A stretch of 64,000 nt of DNA from Kudoa neothunni (lineage: Eukaryota; Animalia; Cnidaria), in the NCBI GenBank assembly GCA_964304625.1, contig OZ199838.1:15899864-15963863 (forward strand). The letters run 5' to 3'. The notes under the pieces were generated by a model. That model was not told the origin of the DNA. It did no database searches and worked only from the letters and a program-made list of their open reading frames with translations. A program made the translations under genes and the position numbers. Below, piece by piece: positions 14,163 through 27,727 of the stretch. Every line of letters begins with the position of its first letter. Within the stretch, counting starts at the first letter, position 1.

Positions 14163-14311
14163 CAGTCGAACCTCGATTATCCGGAAAATTTGGTACCAGC
14201 GAATTTCTCTCTGAATAACGGGGTTCCGGTTGATCGAACATGTATCGGCACGTAAAGTCAATAAAATCCAAATAAAATTTAAATTTCTTCCGGATATTCG
14301 AGGTTCAATTG
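14163..14311. mobile_element. Tc1/mariner-pogo type MITE (149 bp)
   Basis: TA flanks; TIR CAGTCGAACCTCGATTATCCGGAA / TTCCGGATATTCGAGGTTCAATTG. Same family as 41030-41577. Confidence 0.85.
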
Positions 14312-15423
14312 TATTTGCTTAATTAGATGTGAATTTGTAGTTCTTTCTACCATCTAATAAAATTAAGACTTGAAATATAGTTCAACCACGTTTATCCAAT
14401 AATCGAGGTATCCGAATTATTTCTAAAAAGTTTTATTTAATTGATATAAATTCTAAACAAAACAACTTCGACAAGTCGTTACTATAAATAATGTAATTTG
14501 AAAAAAAATTTGAATTTTCAAAAATTAGAGTGCATTCTGAATTAGATTCTGACTATGCAGTCACGTGGTCTAATGATACATTTGATCGTTGAATATTCAA
14601 CTTAGATTTATATTTTATTAATAGAACCAAAATTACATATATAATATTGTATTATTTATGTTTAAAATATAAAAATCTTGATCAATATTTCGTACAGATT
14701 AATTTTAGTGGGATTAGAAGGTATTCAGTTGGGAAATAAAAACTAATTTTCGTAAGTTATCTTCTAGTTACTGTAGTTAACCGATTGTTCCTACTTTCAA
14801 ATTTTTCATAATTTTTAAGGTTTAATATTTGTATAAAAAATCATAAAATTACTCAAATATGAAAATGTTCATTCATGAAGAAACTATTTTCAATAAATAT
14901 ACCAAGAAGTTATAAAAAATCGAATAATTATTTTATATAATTTTCACTATTATTTGGATCTCACTGAAGTAATCTTAATATTAATTTCGACAATCACAAC
15001 TGTTAAAAGTATCATAATATAAAACATTTTTATTTTAATCCCTGTTATGTGATAATTGAAATTATCATTGCTTTTTTGGATGGGTTTAACAGATTTTTCA
15101 ATATAGATTATTCCAAATCTCTTACAATGTTTAGTAGTTCGCGATAATAATAATATATTAAATAGAGTTAGTATTTGATACTTTACAAATAAAAAATATA
15201 TCTTGCGATATATTAATTTAAAAATGTTTTTATGACTAAAATAATATGTGTAAAATCACATAATAATTAAAATTGAAATGTTACAATATCGAACGTTATT
15301 CAGTGGATTATGATATATTGTTAAAATCGAAATAAAACGTCAACAAACTCGTAATAAAATAAAAGCTGGAGCGATACCTCAGCGGTTTTTATAATATATC
15401 CACCAAAAGGTTTATTCGGCTTT

Positions 15424-18011
15424 ATGAACATCATTTTAAGTATCTTTCAAACACTATTATCTTGTTGTGTTTACAATTCTATTCAATCATATAACATAAA
15501 CGAAGTAATTTATAATTATCACGATTTATCGTAACTGCCAAAAGAAATACGGAGTATACTTGTACCAACACAAGTACAGAATGAAGCCATACGTATACAA
15601 ATTTGATAACTCTGAAAAGTTACCAACTAAAGTTGATATTGGAATGGAATATTGTCATAAAGGTATCAATCTCATTGAATTTGAAATATAAAGTGTATTC
15701 AATTAGGTTATATTGAATTCTACGCAATAGACAGCTGGAAAAATCGTATTCGGGAATGTATAACAGAAATAAACAAGGTTCTGAGCCAAAGTGATGTAGC
15801 TCAATCGAATATTCATTATGAATACTTAAGCCGTAGACGATATTTAGAGACTGGGTAAGGACCTATAATATATGCATTATTACAAATTAGTGCCTCATAA
15901 AATAATTAAATGTTAATAACAAATCATGTATATTTTAAAATAGAGATGAAATCCATGTTAGATGGTATTTATGGATAAAACGAATAAATTATGTGTTATT
16001 ATATTTAATTATTACCATGTTTGTAATTTTTAAACTAATTCCGAATATTTTTTAGCCAATTTTACGGTTGAAATAGTATTATTCATTTCATAATTATTTT
16101 TTCCTCTAGTCTTTATATTATCCTATATTTCATTAAATGATTGTATATCAATATTTTATTTAAAAAGCAGTTATTATGTTAGTAATCCACCTAAAAATTT
16201 CCAAATATTTATTCTAATATTTTCATATAGTTATAGTTGATTTAAATTAGAATTAATTACTGTTCGAGTCGATTAGATTATTTTCTTCATGTTTGGGTTA
16301 TAATAAATTAGATATTTGAGTTATTAATTAATAATATTTAAAATTTTATTCTTTGTAAAAATTATGAATCATTTTAATCTAACGATTAATTATTATTTAA
16401 TAAAATAATAAACTATTGATTAATTTCAACAAGTTATGTTAGAATTTGATAAAATAAATAAGTCCATGAGCTATATAGTTTGTATATATTATTTTATCTA
16501 AAATTGTTCTTATTTTTATATATATATATTAAATTTGATATCCTATTTTGTTTATGCAATCGTTTTAAGAATTAAATATTATTTTCCGTGGGACCTTTAA
16601 AATATAACTTTTGATAGTTATTAAGATTATATTTTCACATAAAAAAATAATTAACATAATTTCAATAAATTAAATGAATTGGTATATATTTTTTAGAATT
16701 GAAGAAATAATCAATAATGAATTCCATAATTATCCAAAAATTAATGGTGAGACTTTTGTAAGATATGTAAATGCAGCAAATGAAACTGCTTTCAGAATGC
16801 TTTATTTTCAGCTTCAACCGGTATTTTTTATGACAGAGTGGACAGTTTACGTGAATTCGTTTAATAGAAATTAAAAAATAAAGTTTTTGGCTTTATTTCA
16901 TTTGACGGAAGGGATTTTCTGAGTGGTTACTATTATAACGATAAAATCAAGATGAGACAGAATTCGTCAAAAATATTAATTTCCTGGAATGGCGTAATCA
17001 ACACAATTGTTACCAATAAAATTCCAACATTTATGTTCCACAAAATATCAGAAAATAAACTAAAAAAAGTAATATATTTTTCGAAAACGATTAATGCCAC
17101 TAATTAAAGCATTCTGATTACACAATATTTCCGAATTCAGAACTGCCTTCATGTGGAGCAAACCTATTGAGTGTTATCTTCCCTGACTTAACCACATTAA
17201 ATCATCGTACGAAATGTGCTTTCACCATAGAGGACAATATCAAAATCTATCCATTCAATGCTCAACTAAACTTTATCGATGTTAAGTGCAAAGAAGAAGT
17301 TGTGGAATACATTAACAAACAAGGTAGATTTCAAAAAAATTATTGCCGCGCCAAAAAATATTTGAAAAACACAGAATATAATGAAGCAAGAAATGAAATA
17401 AAAGTAAATAACCATTAGGATCAAAATTGTTTCACCAACTTAAGATTTATTTTCCTCTCAGTCGTTATTATCGAAACTCCAGTTTATTTCCACTTAAATT
17501 GTCAGATCTTTGGAATAAAATTAATTACATATGTGGACTTATCGAAAACCCACTCCAAATGTATCTTCTATATTGAAGCAAATAAATGTATGGTTCGTAA
17601 TATTTAAATATAGCTGAGTTATGTTCAGGTTTTTATTTTTCCTGTTTACTGATACCCCATTATTTGCAATATGTGGGTAAATTTGTTGAACAACACCAAA
17701 TGTCATATTCAAATCGAGGTATAATAAAAATAGAATGACATTTTCTCAATAATTTTAGGACCTGAATCATGAATGGTTGCTTGCTTATGCCTTAAGAGAT
17801 CCACGTTTTCATAACCAAGCAACCATTAGTCATATTAAAACCAGTTATTCTATGAAAAAATTCATTATCATTGGAATCTTGTTTGGGAATTTTGTTGGTG
17901 GTTATCGTTGGTTCCGCATTTATTTTCTTCAAGATCAAAATATACCGACTATTGGGTAAGCACCGTGGAAATCACATTCTTGAAGATTATCATAAGCAAT
18001 TGATGTTATAA
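15424..18011 (+). pseudogene. Pseudo-NTPDase family copy C, frameshifted (pseudogene or assembly indels)
   Basis: Same exon layout (KYGVYLYQHKYRMKPYVYKF, IRECITEI, VNAANETAF, FGFISFDGRD, EWLLAYALRDPR). Exon 4 is interrupted by about 0.7 kb (~15980-16696). Frame breaks around 17560-17720, and an extra G at 17885-17887 falls inside the TM segment. Confidence 0.75.
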
Positions 18012-18037
18012 AAATCACAAATAATTCAGTTAGACTC

Positions 18038-18071
18038 CTCATTCATTCATTCATTCACTCATTCATTCATT
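18038..18071. repeat. (ATTC)n microsatellite
   Basis: cattcattcattcattcactcattcattcatt. Confidence 0.9.
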
Positions 18072-18420
18072 GTTTCGTTTAGTACAGTTATTTTATCTAG
18101 TGTTTATTTATGAAATGATTAGATATATTTCTAGCAATGATAAACATTTTTCTTATTTATATTCACATTTCTTAATATTATCGCTCTTATAAATAATTAT
18201 AAACATTTTCATCATTACTACATTGTGCTGTCTTCATAATACCAGAGGTAACTTAAATTCGTAAGCCCTCAAAATTAAAAAAATACGAATTATTGGGCAC
18301 TGACTTAAACTCACTGCATATGTTGATCGCGGTGAATAAATATTAGCTAAGTTGTTGTTAATTTTTCCAACAAAATGAGTTAGTTTATTCTTTTATAAAT
18401 AGATAATACAAATTAAAAGC

Positions 18421-19849
18421 CAGGGGTGGTCAAAAATTAATTGATTGCAATCAACTTTATGATTTCTATAATTGATTTCAGTGCGCGAAGTTAACTTCAA
18501 TTAATTGCTATTATGACTTTTTACAAAAAATTAATAATAAGGTATAATTTAAATCGAAACATTTCTGTTCTATTGAATAAATTCACTTCTATGAGACTTG
18601 TTCTGAAAAATGATGCCAAATGATACCAAATATTTTCAGTAGAGTTGAAATTGTTAGTAGATACGAAAAGATAAAGTGTTATCTAGCTGAACTTGCTTTT
18701 ATCAATAAAAAAGTAAGATGAATCAATTTTGGCGCCAATAGAAAATTTATGAATTTCTGTGTTGCATAGTTATTTAAAAAAGTCCTATTCAATAATCTTG
18801 GCTCTACAGAAATCGATTATAATTATTATTATAACGCATGAAAATTACTTTTCGATTAGATTATTATTATTATTATTTAAGGCCTATCCAATATTGTATG
18901 AACCTCTATGTAAGAATACAAACATTATACATTCAAAGAGTTCTGAGAACGGATCTTTCAAAATTTATGAGGATAGAATTGATGAATTAACCACTGAAAG
19001 GAATCATGCTGTGTTCAATCTAAAATTGTCCGAGTAAATTTTAATAGAAGAAACCGACCCTTATAATGTCACCAAAAATTGAAATTCCTCACCATATAAA
19101 CACGAGATTTATTCCATCATCCTCTAACCTGGTTGGAAGATTATTCAGCTACGCTGGTTATACCTTTGACGACCTTCGCCAAAATTATTCCTCCATAATC
19201 TCGAAACGCAAATATTTCTAAAATCCAATAAAAGATTATGAATCAAAAAAAATTTTTAGGTAGGTTATTTCATTAAATTTACAATTTATAGTTCATTTTT
19301 CTCTATTATATCGTTCTGCTATTATATTTGGTTTATGTTATGTGTTGGCATTTATTATTATTTACGTAAAAGTTAAAAATAAAACGAACGGCAGAAAACC
19401 ATTTGTTTAATTTTATTTCAATTTACATTGGACTATGTGGTTTCAATAAATGTACAAATATGGGCTGCATGACGTGGTTCAAATTTTAGATGCTATAAAT
19501 AAAGAAAACTTTTATCAATAAAAATATTGAACCCTTCTCCTTATAAGGTTTCAAATATTATTATTCAGACATTATACCCACTACTTAACTTTTCTACTTA
19601 AAACTTTATATTAATGTTTCAAAATAAGAGAGGTTTCTTGCTACTTTTATTTTTTATTTGAGAACCAAATAACTAATGGAAAATTTTTATGCCCCCGTAT
19701 ATAAATGAACTTCAGTGATGTTGGATTATTTATCTCCCACAGTTGTCCAATAATTGGAATATTTATTTTGCAAATATGCGATTAGAATTAATCGATTGCG
19801 CATTATCTAATTGATTTTTAGGATAAAAATTAGTTTTTGATCACCCCTG
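18421..19849. mobile_element. Non-autonomous hAT (Charlie/Buster-type) element
   Basis: TIR CAGGGGTGGTCAAAAA / TTTTTGATCACCCCTG; TSD degenerate. Confidence 0.75.
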
Positions 19850-21454
19850 TTTAAATTGTTTAAATAATTTAAATTATCAATTTCAACCAACCCACATTGC
19901 GGTCTTTTAAGGTGACAATTAATTCTAACGTTTTATTTAATATCTTATTTTCATTTTAAATTCTAGTGCTTTGGGTTTTAATTAGAAATAAAACAATTGT
20001 TTCCATGAAGTTTTACTTAACCCTTATAGGAAGGACAAGATATTTTAGGAACCCCAATTATTTTATTTTTCGAAATTTCCATTTGTACCTTTTTATTTTC
20101 TATATAATTTTTCATGTAATCTTTTAATATCAAATTAAACTAGCAAAATGTTTTCCTTATGAATATAAAATAATAAAATATTTTATCTAAAACGAACCAA
20201 TAGTATTTAATATTTAAAGGCCTTTGAATCTCTTATATTTATTATTTATTTAATTTTAAGTAACAATTAAAAATTAAATTTTAAATAAATAAAAGGAATG
20301 AGAGTATGACCAAGTTTTGATTCAATTTCCACCCCAAGAATCCGACATGCTTCGAGATTATCCATATAGTATTGTAGGACATGAGCGCTCTTAGTAGTAT
20401 ATTAATTTGGAAAATAATGATCTATTAAAATTTAATTATGTTCCAAACCGGTTTCCTTTATACATCAGCCATGATTTTTACTATAGAATAAAAATAATAA
20501 CTGAAAAGGAAGTATTCCTACCATTAATACCACGATCTCAGAATGAGAATAATGAAAATTTTTAAATCTTTTTTCGTGGCGGTTTATCGGTTATTCCTTT
20601 CAGATGACAAGTTCACTTGAAAATCAACCTTAAGTTTTCTACTAATTGGTTAATAGCTTTATGCAAACATTATCTATATTTTTGAGGAATTTCTTGTTTA
20701 TTCTTGCTTTTTTCCTAGCTGATTAAATATCTCTACATTTTGGCTGTAACTATTATTTTAAATTAAGTAATAACCATATAAAATAAATTTTTTGTCGCTA
20801 CGAGCGAATTAATTTGAAAAACCTCTGGAGTACCTTCCCCTCCCCCTTCGGCACACGCATAAGTTTTTCGGGTTACAAGCAACGTTGACTAAATTGACTT
20901 GTGGTAATTTGACATCCAGTGTGTGGATGGGTGTTAAGTATTTTTTAAATATTTAAAAAATTAAAGTATATTTGTTAATCTCATCTGATAATACTAATAA
21001 TGACCTCATAAAATAACATTTGTTTATAACAAAATTATAATAACCTGGAATTCGTAAACACGATATTATAAAAATAAAATCAAGTATATTATATTTATAC
21101 ACATTCGATAATAAAAATATAGTGACTAATGGGGATAAATTTTAATATTTTTTAATTAGACAAAATATAACATTAAACACGATTATCCCCATTTGGTAAA
21201 AATAATATAATAAGATTATCGAAACAATAATTGATTGACATTAAAAAAATGATTAATATCGGGGATACAATTTATTATTTAATTATTTCGTAATGATAAT
21301 TTAATTAAAATATATTTATATGTATAGAACATTATATTTTTTATTCTAAAGTAATTTTTTGATATATTCACTGAAGTGATGACAAAATTCTCTTTATTTA
21401 CACCTTTAAGATAAATAATTTTTCTAATTAAAAATGCCATCTTCTCATCATTAA

Positions 21455-22789
21455 CTCTCCTTATCAGAATCGAGGTAAATTGGGGACCCCAATTTCATTA
21501 TTTTTCAAGTCACTCCAAAAGTGAACTATTGATTTCCTAACTGTTCCAGGAATGTCTCTATAAGGTTATTTAGTTTGTAGAAAAACTATAATTTTTTTTC
21601 TACTTTAAAAAATACGCCGTAGAGATTATATTTATTTCATAATCCGAATATTTATTCTTATAAAATTTCAATAAAAATTATCCATTATATATATATTAAT
21701 CTATTTTCCTTACTTACACTTATAAATTTTGTTAAATTGATTCTAAAGACGTATAGACGTAAGGTTTATATATACTTCGACTTGGTAGGGGATTAGCGAG
21801 AATTAATCCTTACCCCGCTTCTTGATTAGTAGGCATTTGTTTCTCTAAAGAATCTCTGTTTACCGGCGATAAACTAGCCCATGCTTCACTATATGTAATA
21901 TAACTATTAGAATCTTTGTGTATTATCAGGGGAATCCGTAATTTTTATCCAGTGAAATATAAATTGATAGATTATAACGTATTTGGAAAATAATTGTTCG
22001 ATCGCAAATTTATTTAAGCAATAGCTCTTTCAATAATTTCAAAAAATAGTCCGAAATAATGGCTATTTATATTTGAATTGAGTATATAATTGTAGTTCAA
22101 GCATCGTGTATTTATTAATTATTGAAATCTCGACATGTATGTGCTACGGATTATTCGTATAGAGGCGTTAAACTTATGTTCCAGCAATTTGCTATTATGG
22201 ATACCAAAATATTTAAACAACTTAGGTTTCCTTAAATTAAATTCTTTAATCTAATCATATTAACTCTTAAATATGCAAATAATTTACTATAAGAAATCCA
22301 CCTTTTATAATTTTTTTATTTCACTTTGAAGAAATTAAAACGATGTGAGTTTTTCAAACATCCCTTTCTATGAAATCTCAGAGTAAACTGCACGCGTGGA
22401 TACATTTAGTACTTCCGAAACAGTCCTATAATTTCTAGAGAACGGCACTTAGCTGGATCTATGTTTGATCATCATCTATTAATTTTTTATGGTTCCTACT
22501 CAGCAAAATTATATATTTATTTCATTTGGACATCTTCGAAACCTTTAGTGCTGAAATGTATGCGTTGATTTCATCACATTGGACCATCACAATAAGTTCA
22601 TCTTGGTCGTATATCTGCATTTTAAGCTACTGGGGAGAGCTTGATTTTGGTTTTTTTACTTATAAATGTCTTTAAATAATGTCACATTAGTTTCGTAATA
22701 ACTGATGACGTTTAAGATCAATTTAATAGGGGTCCAAAATGGACCCCATCGGCTCACGCGTAATTTTTTCGGATGCAATACGAGGAGAG
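21455..22789. mobile_element. Non-autonomous piggyBac-type element
   Basis: TTAA flanks (21451-54, 22790-93), TIR CTCTCCT/AGGAGAG, subterminal GGGGTCC..GGACCCC palindrome. Confidence 0.8.
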
Positions 22790-22956
22790 TTAATAATATA
22801 TTACTACATTTTACGTAGTTATATAGCTGAGACAAACGTTCTTGTTATTTTTATTGTCATAAATTATCTAGTTTATATTATTTTTAATCAGATTAATTTA
22901 ATAATTAAATAAGAGATTTAGATGAACGAAAGTTAAGTCTCCTATTCTTGCGTTTA

Positions 22957-24747
22957 ATGATAAAAATATTAGTGATTCTGATAATGTCTTATTTCCTTCA
23001 AACCTCCAATGCCGTTGACAACAAGGTATGATTTTATGTGTAACCGGAATATCAACATTCTAAAATATAGTGTGGAATAATCATACACTCAGGAGGGAAA
23101 AATCTGATGGCCTACATATATACGTTTGACGCATCTGACGATAACGCAGTTCCAATCAAAGTTTCCCATTCTATATGCTACAATGGTATCACATTTGAGA
23201 GATCAAATCATTCAGAATATAATTTAGAGCGTTCCTTCATAATAGAAATGTCCAGCACGGATGATTATATTAAAGCTATCAAGAAATGTATCCTAAAAGT
23301 AATGGGGATATTGGAAGAAAAGGGAATATCAATTGATGATGTTCGTATGGAGTATTTTGATCACAATCTTGCTTCAATTCCATCGTAATAATGTTATTCC
23401 TAATCGCTAATATTCACACCAAACTATATTCTAAGAGAGTTTATTAATGCGAATGTAACCCATAATATTGAGAAAATTAATGAAGAATTTAAAACCTACA
23501 ATCCTATTCATGGTAGTGGATTCTACAATAATATAAGTTCTAAATATGAGTCTACCTACACATTGCTTTACCACCACATAGAGAAAGTATTATTTACAAT
23601 TATTGATGCATTTTTACTCCATTAATGGATAAATGTAATTTTTGGTAAAAATTAGCATGATTTTGACGGGTTTTATTATTTCAATGGATGGAACATATTA
23701 TCTGCCTACATAGTAGACTACCTTGGTAACAAGCCCGAAGGAGTGCAACTCTATAGAATAAAATGGAAAGGACGAGAGTTTAGATTGGTTTCATGGGATT
23801 TTATTTCATCAGATGTTTATCACGGCAGATCTCTGCGTATATTTAACGTAACTTAATTTGATAACTGGATTATATATCTCATTCTCTACAGTTATCTGCA
23901 GAATTTGAGAAACTTCAGAAACGTGAGTTGAAAAGTGGTGATTGTGCGTGCAGAAGAATGAGTACGCTGGTTTTAAGTTGGTTTTCTTCTGATGCTAATG
24001 CATGTTCTTCTTGGACAAAAGATGATATAATTATATTTCCATTCAATCGAGCATCCTCATTTGATGAAGCAAAATGCAAAGAAAAACTTGAAAAGCGTCT
24101 TAAGAAAAATCCATCTTTTATGATGGCTGTTTGTAAAATGTTGCAAGGAATTAATTCTTTTCATATCTTTAACAAACGGAAGAAATTTGCAGTACTTATG
24201 TAATAGTGGTAGATTTTATGGTTAAAATCAAGATTTATTTCCCTTTACATCTACCTGCGGGCTTAAAATTGCCGTCAACTTTAGAAGAAATTGAAAACCA
24301 GTTGAAACTAATTTGCCAATCGTATGAAAAAGGGAGTCACGTAGATTTATAGTTTGCGGGTTGTTTGTCATTAATTCTTTTCAGGCGTTTTTGGAGGAAT
24401 GGGTTATGAATTGCGCTATTCCACAACTCTATTTAAGGACTTTAAACAATTCGGTAGTGGCAAATAAAATATCTTACACTATTAAGGTTGATTACCAATC
24501 ATGATTGTATTATACATATTTTTTGTAGAAAATGGACTATCAATGGCTGGATGGATATAAATGGACTGATCCGCGCCTTCGAAATCGAGCAGAAATATTT
24601 GTTTCTAGTGGATTTTCGTATAGAGTATTATCCAAAGCTGCTATTGGTGGAATCGTTGGGTCAATTCTGATTGTGATAATAGTGGTTTCGGTTATAATTC
24701 TGATAGTTTTTAAAAAATACCGACGACATCGAGGTATATGTGTATAA
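22957..24747 (+). CDS. Pseudo-NTPDase family copy D; 9 exons, intact
   Basis: Signal peptide MIKILVILIMSYFLQTSNA. Blocks CGIIIHSGGKNLMAYIYTF (ACR1-like), VRMEYFDHNL (ACR2), ISSKYESTY (ACR3), FDGFYYFNGWNIL (ACR4), QWLDGYKWTDPR (ACR5). TM followed by KKYRRHRGICV*. Confidence 0.88.
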
Positions 24748-25712
24748 TCGCCTGATTCGGAAGTATAAGTTGAAAACAGAAAACTCGAGCTAATTATCGG
24801 CTATAATTTTCTCCAACACACTACATATTATATTATTTGTTCCAATTAATACATGTGTTGAAATATTATATTTACTTATTTCTCTTTTTTTGATAATAAA
24901 TATAATAATAGGTATAATATAATTAGGGCATGAAATTTTGGACGTTTATTTTTAGGTGAATCGATGATTTAAATCGACGACGTCTATAAATAAACATCGA
25001 ACTTGTCACCGCTTTTATGCAGTAAGGATATTTACACAGATACGCGCGAGAATCTCTATGAAGAAAAAAACACGATTTAACATTACATATAATATAATAA
25101 ATTATGTTAAATTTCACTACTTTAATATAGTTGTAGTATTATAGAGATTTTTCCTTTCGAAAGAACATACCTAATCCCCACAAAATTTTAATTGCGATTA
25201 AAGACAACTATTTGTTTAAACAATACTATCGAAATAATTGGCATTGCTAAAATGTTTTATTCAAACAGTGTAGATAAGTGTTTGTTAACAAAAGTTTTAA
25301 AATTAGAAAGTGAACGTGCTGAATGCCAATATTTTTAGGTAATACTTCTAGGTCTTGTGTGATTATCTGTTATTTAAATATTGCCCATCATACACATCAG
25401 CTAAAACAAGATAAACCTTTATTTTTTGATTTTTGTGATCTCCAAATAACAAAAGGGACTACGAGAGATATGCTTTAACGATTTATCATTCAACGGTGTT
25501 TCAATAATGCAAAATGTTTCTGTACATGGTTTTGTTTTTTAGGTAACTTTCACTTGAAGGATTTGTGAACAAATTCATTTTAAATAATTCTAAATAAATT
25601 AACTCAATCCTCAATAAAACTCTCCTAATCACATCTTTTTCAGCCATTTCTTATTGAGACGCCCTGTTCGAAACACATCCAAAAAATAAACTTTGAACCA
25701 TCTTGATAAGAT

Positions 25713-26803
25713 TAGACCTTTAAACAATCGAGGGTAAATTTTGAAAGATAATTCATCTCTATAATTAATTATATTAGTTTAAAACGCTTGAAACATGTAG
25801 CCACACAGAAATGTTTAAGTAAAATATGAAATATGACGCCATATTTCACTTTATATTCAAAAACTAGATAATAAATGTTTATATTTATATTGTTGAGAAA
25901 AGTAATAACAAAATGCTTAAAAAACGTATATTTTGATTTTTGACGATTGCTCTATTTTAAATTTAATTTTAATTAAAAAATAATTTGTTAGTATTTTTTT
26001 TTAGTTACTTAATGTATATAAATAAAAAGACAACTCAATAAAATAAATTTAAAATTTTCATGTTTGCATTTTTGAACAAATATTGTTATAACATTTTTTT
26101 AAACATGAATAAACTAAGCAAAAAAATTTATAAACTAAAAACCGCACTAAGTTACGCCATAGTTTAATTGAAACATTTTAATTCTAATTTTAAATAGAAT
26201 AGATTAGAAAGTTCTCTTTTTAAAATACGAAGTCAAGATTGAACAGCTACTAACTTATTACCAACAGGTAGAAACAAAAAAATTCAGTGAACAATTAATG
26301 ACTGCAAATTTGTTAAAATTATGGAGAAATAATAATTTTTTGGATGTATTTATCAACAACATAGAGATTCCATATGTTGTGCTCGACTTAAGATTTATTT
26401 CCAGTTTATAGATTATTCTTTTTTGGCTGAAATTAACTGCCTAATGAGATTTTTGTGATAAGATAAAAAATTTAAAAACTTTTGAAAAAGAAGTGAACTA
26501 ACAAGCCGAATTGTAACAAATGACTTTATTTCCGATTTTGTATGAGACACCGCCCCAAGTTTGTACACAGATACTGTAGTACTGTATTACTGTAGTTTAA
26601 ATGATATTTTAAAAGGAATAAAATAATTTATTCCAAAAAATAACGCGCGGTTAAATTTTGATAAGAAAATTCCTCCTAACATTGATTACAAAAATCCACT
26701 TTGACCGAATTACACAATCTCTTTAATACGTTGACTTAATCTCTTCGAAATAGAGGATAATCCCTATACCCTCGAAATGAACCCTCGATTTTTTGGAGGC
26801 CTA
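25713..26803. mobile_element. Non-autonomous hAT-like element, copy 1
   Basis: TIR TAGACCTTTAAACAATCGAGGG / CCCTCGATTTTTTGGAGGCCTA; near TSD GATAAGAT/GATAAATT. Inverted homologue at 50705-51917. Confidence 0.8.
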
Positions 26804-27646
26804 GATAAATTTGGAAATTATATGTCATAATTTTAATGAAATTTAATATTATTGTCTGATCCAAAAGACAATTATTTAATTTATGTAGTATATGTTTTGT
26901 TGTTTTCATATAATATATATGGTCTCAAGTTAGCAATATTTCTAATGAATTTAAAATAAATACATTTTAGTTCTGTTATTTAATAAAATTCAAAACTCTG
27001 ACATGCCTGATACCCATTTTAATTTTAAATGAATGAATGAAAGAAAGAAAGGAGTGCACCTACATAACGCGCTATGATGAATATTCTCTCACTATTAGTT
27101 TAAGTATATTTAAGTGATTTTCGTCTGTTAACAAGTAAATTATAATAATAGAGCGCGTTTTCAAAAATTTGAATTAATGCCACTCCGGCCAATAAAATTT
27201 ATTTTTATGCATAATTGTCATGTATTTCATAAAATATTTCTTTCAAAATATAATTTTTAAAATTTTTAAAATATTTATGTATATAATTAAATAACTTAGA
27301 AATTTATATAATTAGTTATAGGGGAATTATTCTTATGTACTATCAAATAAATTATAATTGTCATTATTTTTAATTATATAATATATCCACTTCAAGAAAA
27401 AAAATATATACACTAAAACTCTCTCAATATATAAAAATATTTAGAATCTTTGGCCAGAATTATTTTTAGATTTGGAATAATTTTATAAATGAGAAGTGGG
27501 CATGAAAATTTGTCCACATACGCCTACAAACTAATTGAAGAAAGGCTATTGACTCTATCGAACCATTGTTTACAACTTGGATAAAAACAAATTTTCAATT
27601 TATTTTAAAGTTAGAGTGAAATTTTTACATGATTATTGTAATGAAT

Positions 27647-27727
27647 TGTCCTGGGTGGGGATCGAACTCTTGAGTCGTATCTCTCTTGAGCCAATCGCGC
27701 ATACATTAGCTTTGGTCACATCCCATA
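27647..27727 (-). other. Degenerate tRNA-like or SINE-head sequence
   Basis: Minus strand has a B-box-like GAGTTCGATCCCC, a CTCAAG anticodon-like loop and a weak A-box. The stems do not close properly. Confidence 0.25.

Noticed and set aside
17777-17959. ORF-track C-terminus GNFVGGYRWFR...
   Set aside because: Product of a +1 frameshift; the family-like TM continues in another frame.
25450-25490. KRDYERYALT resembling the family's last exon
   Set aside because: An isolated short match without the Trp, DP or TM; likely chance.
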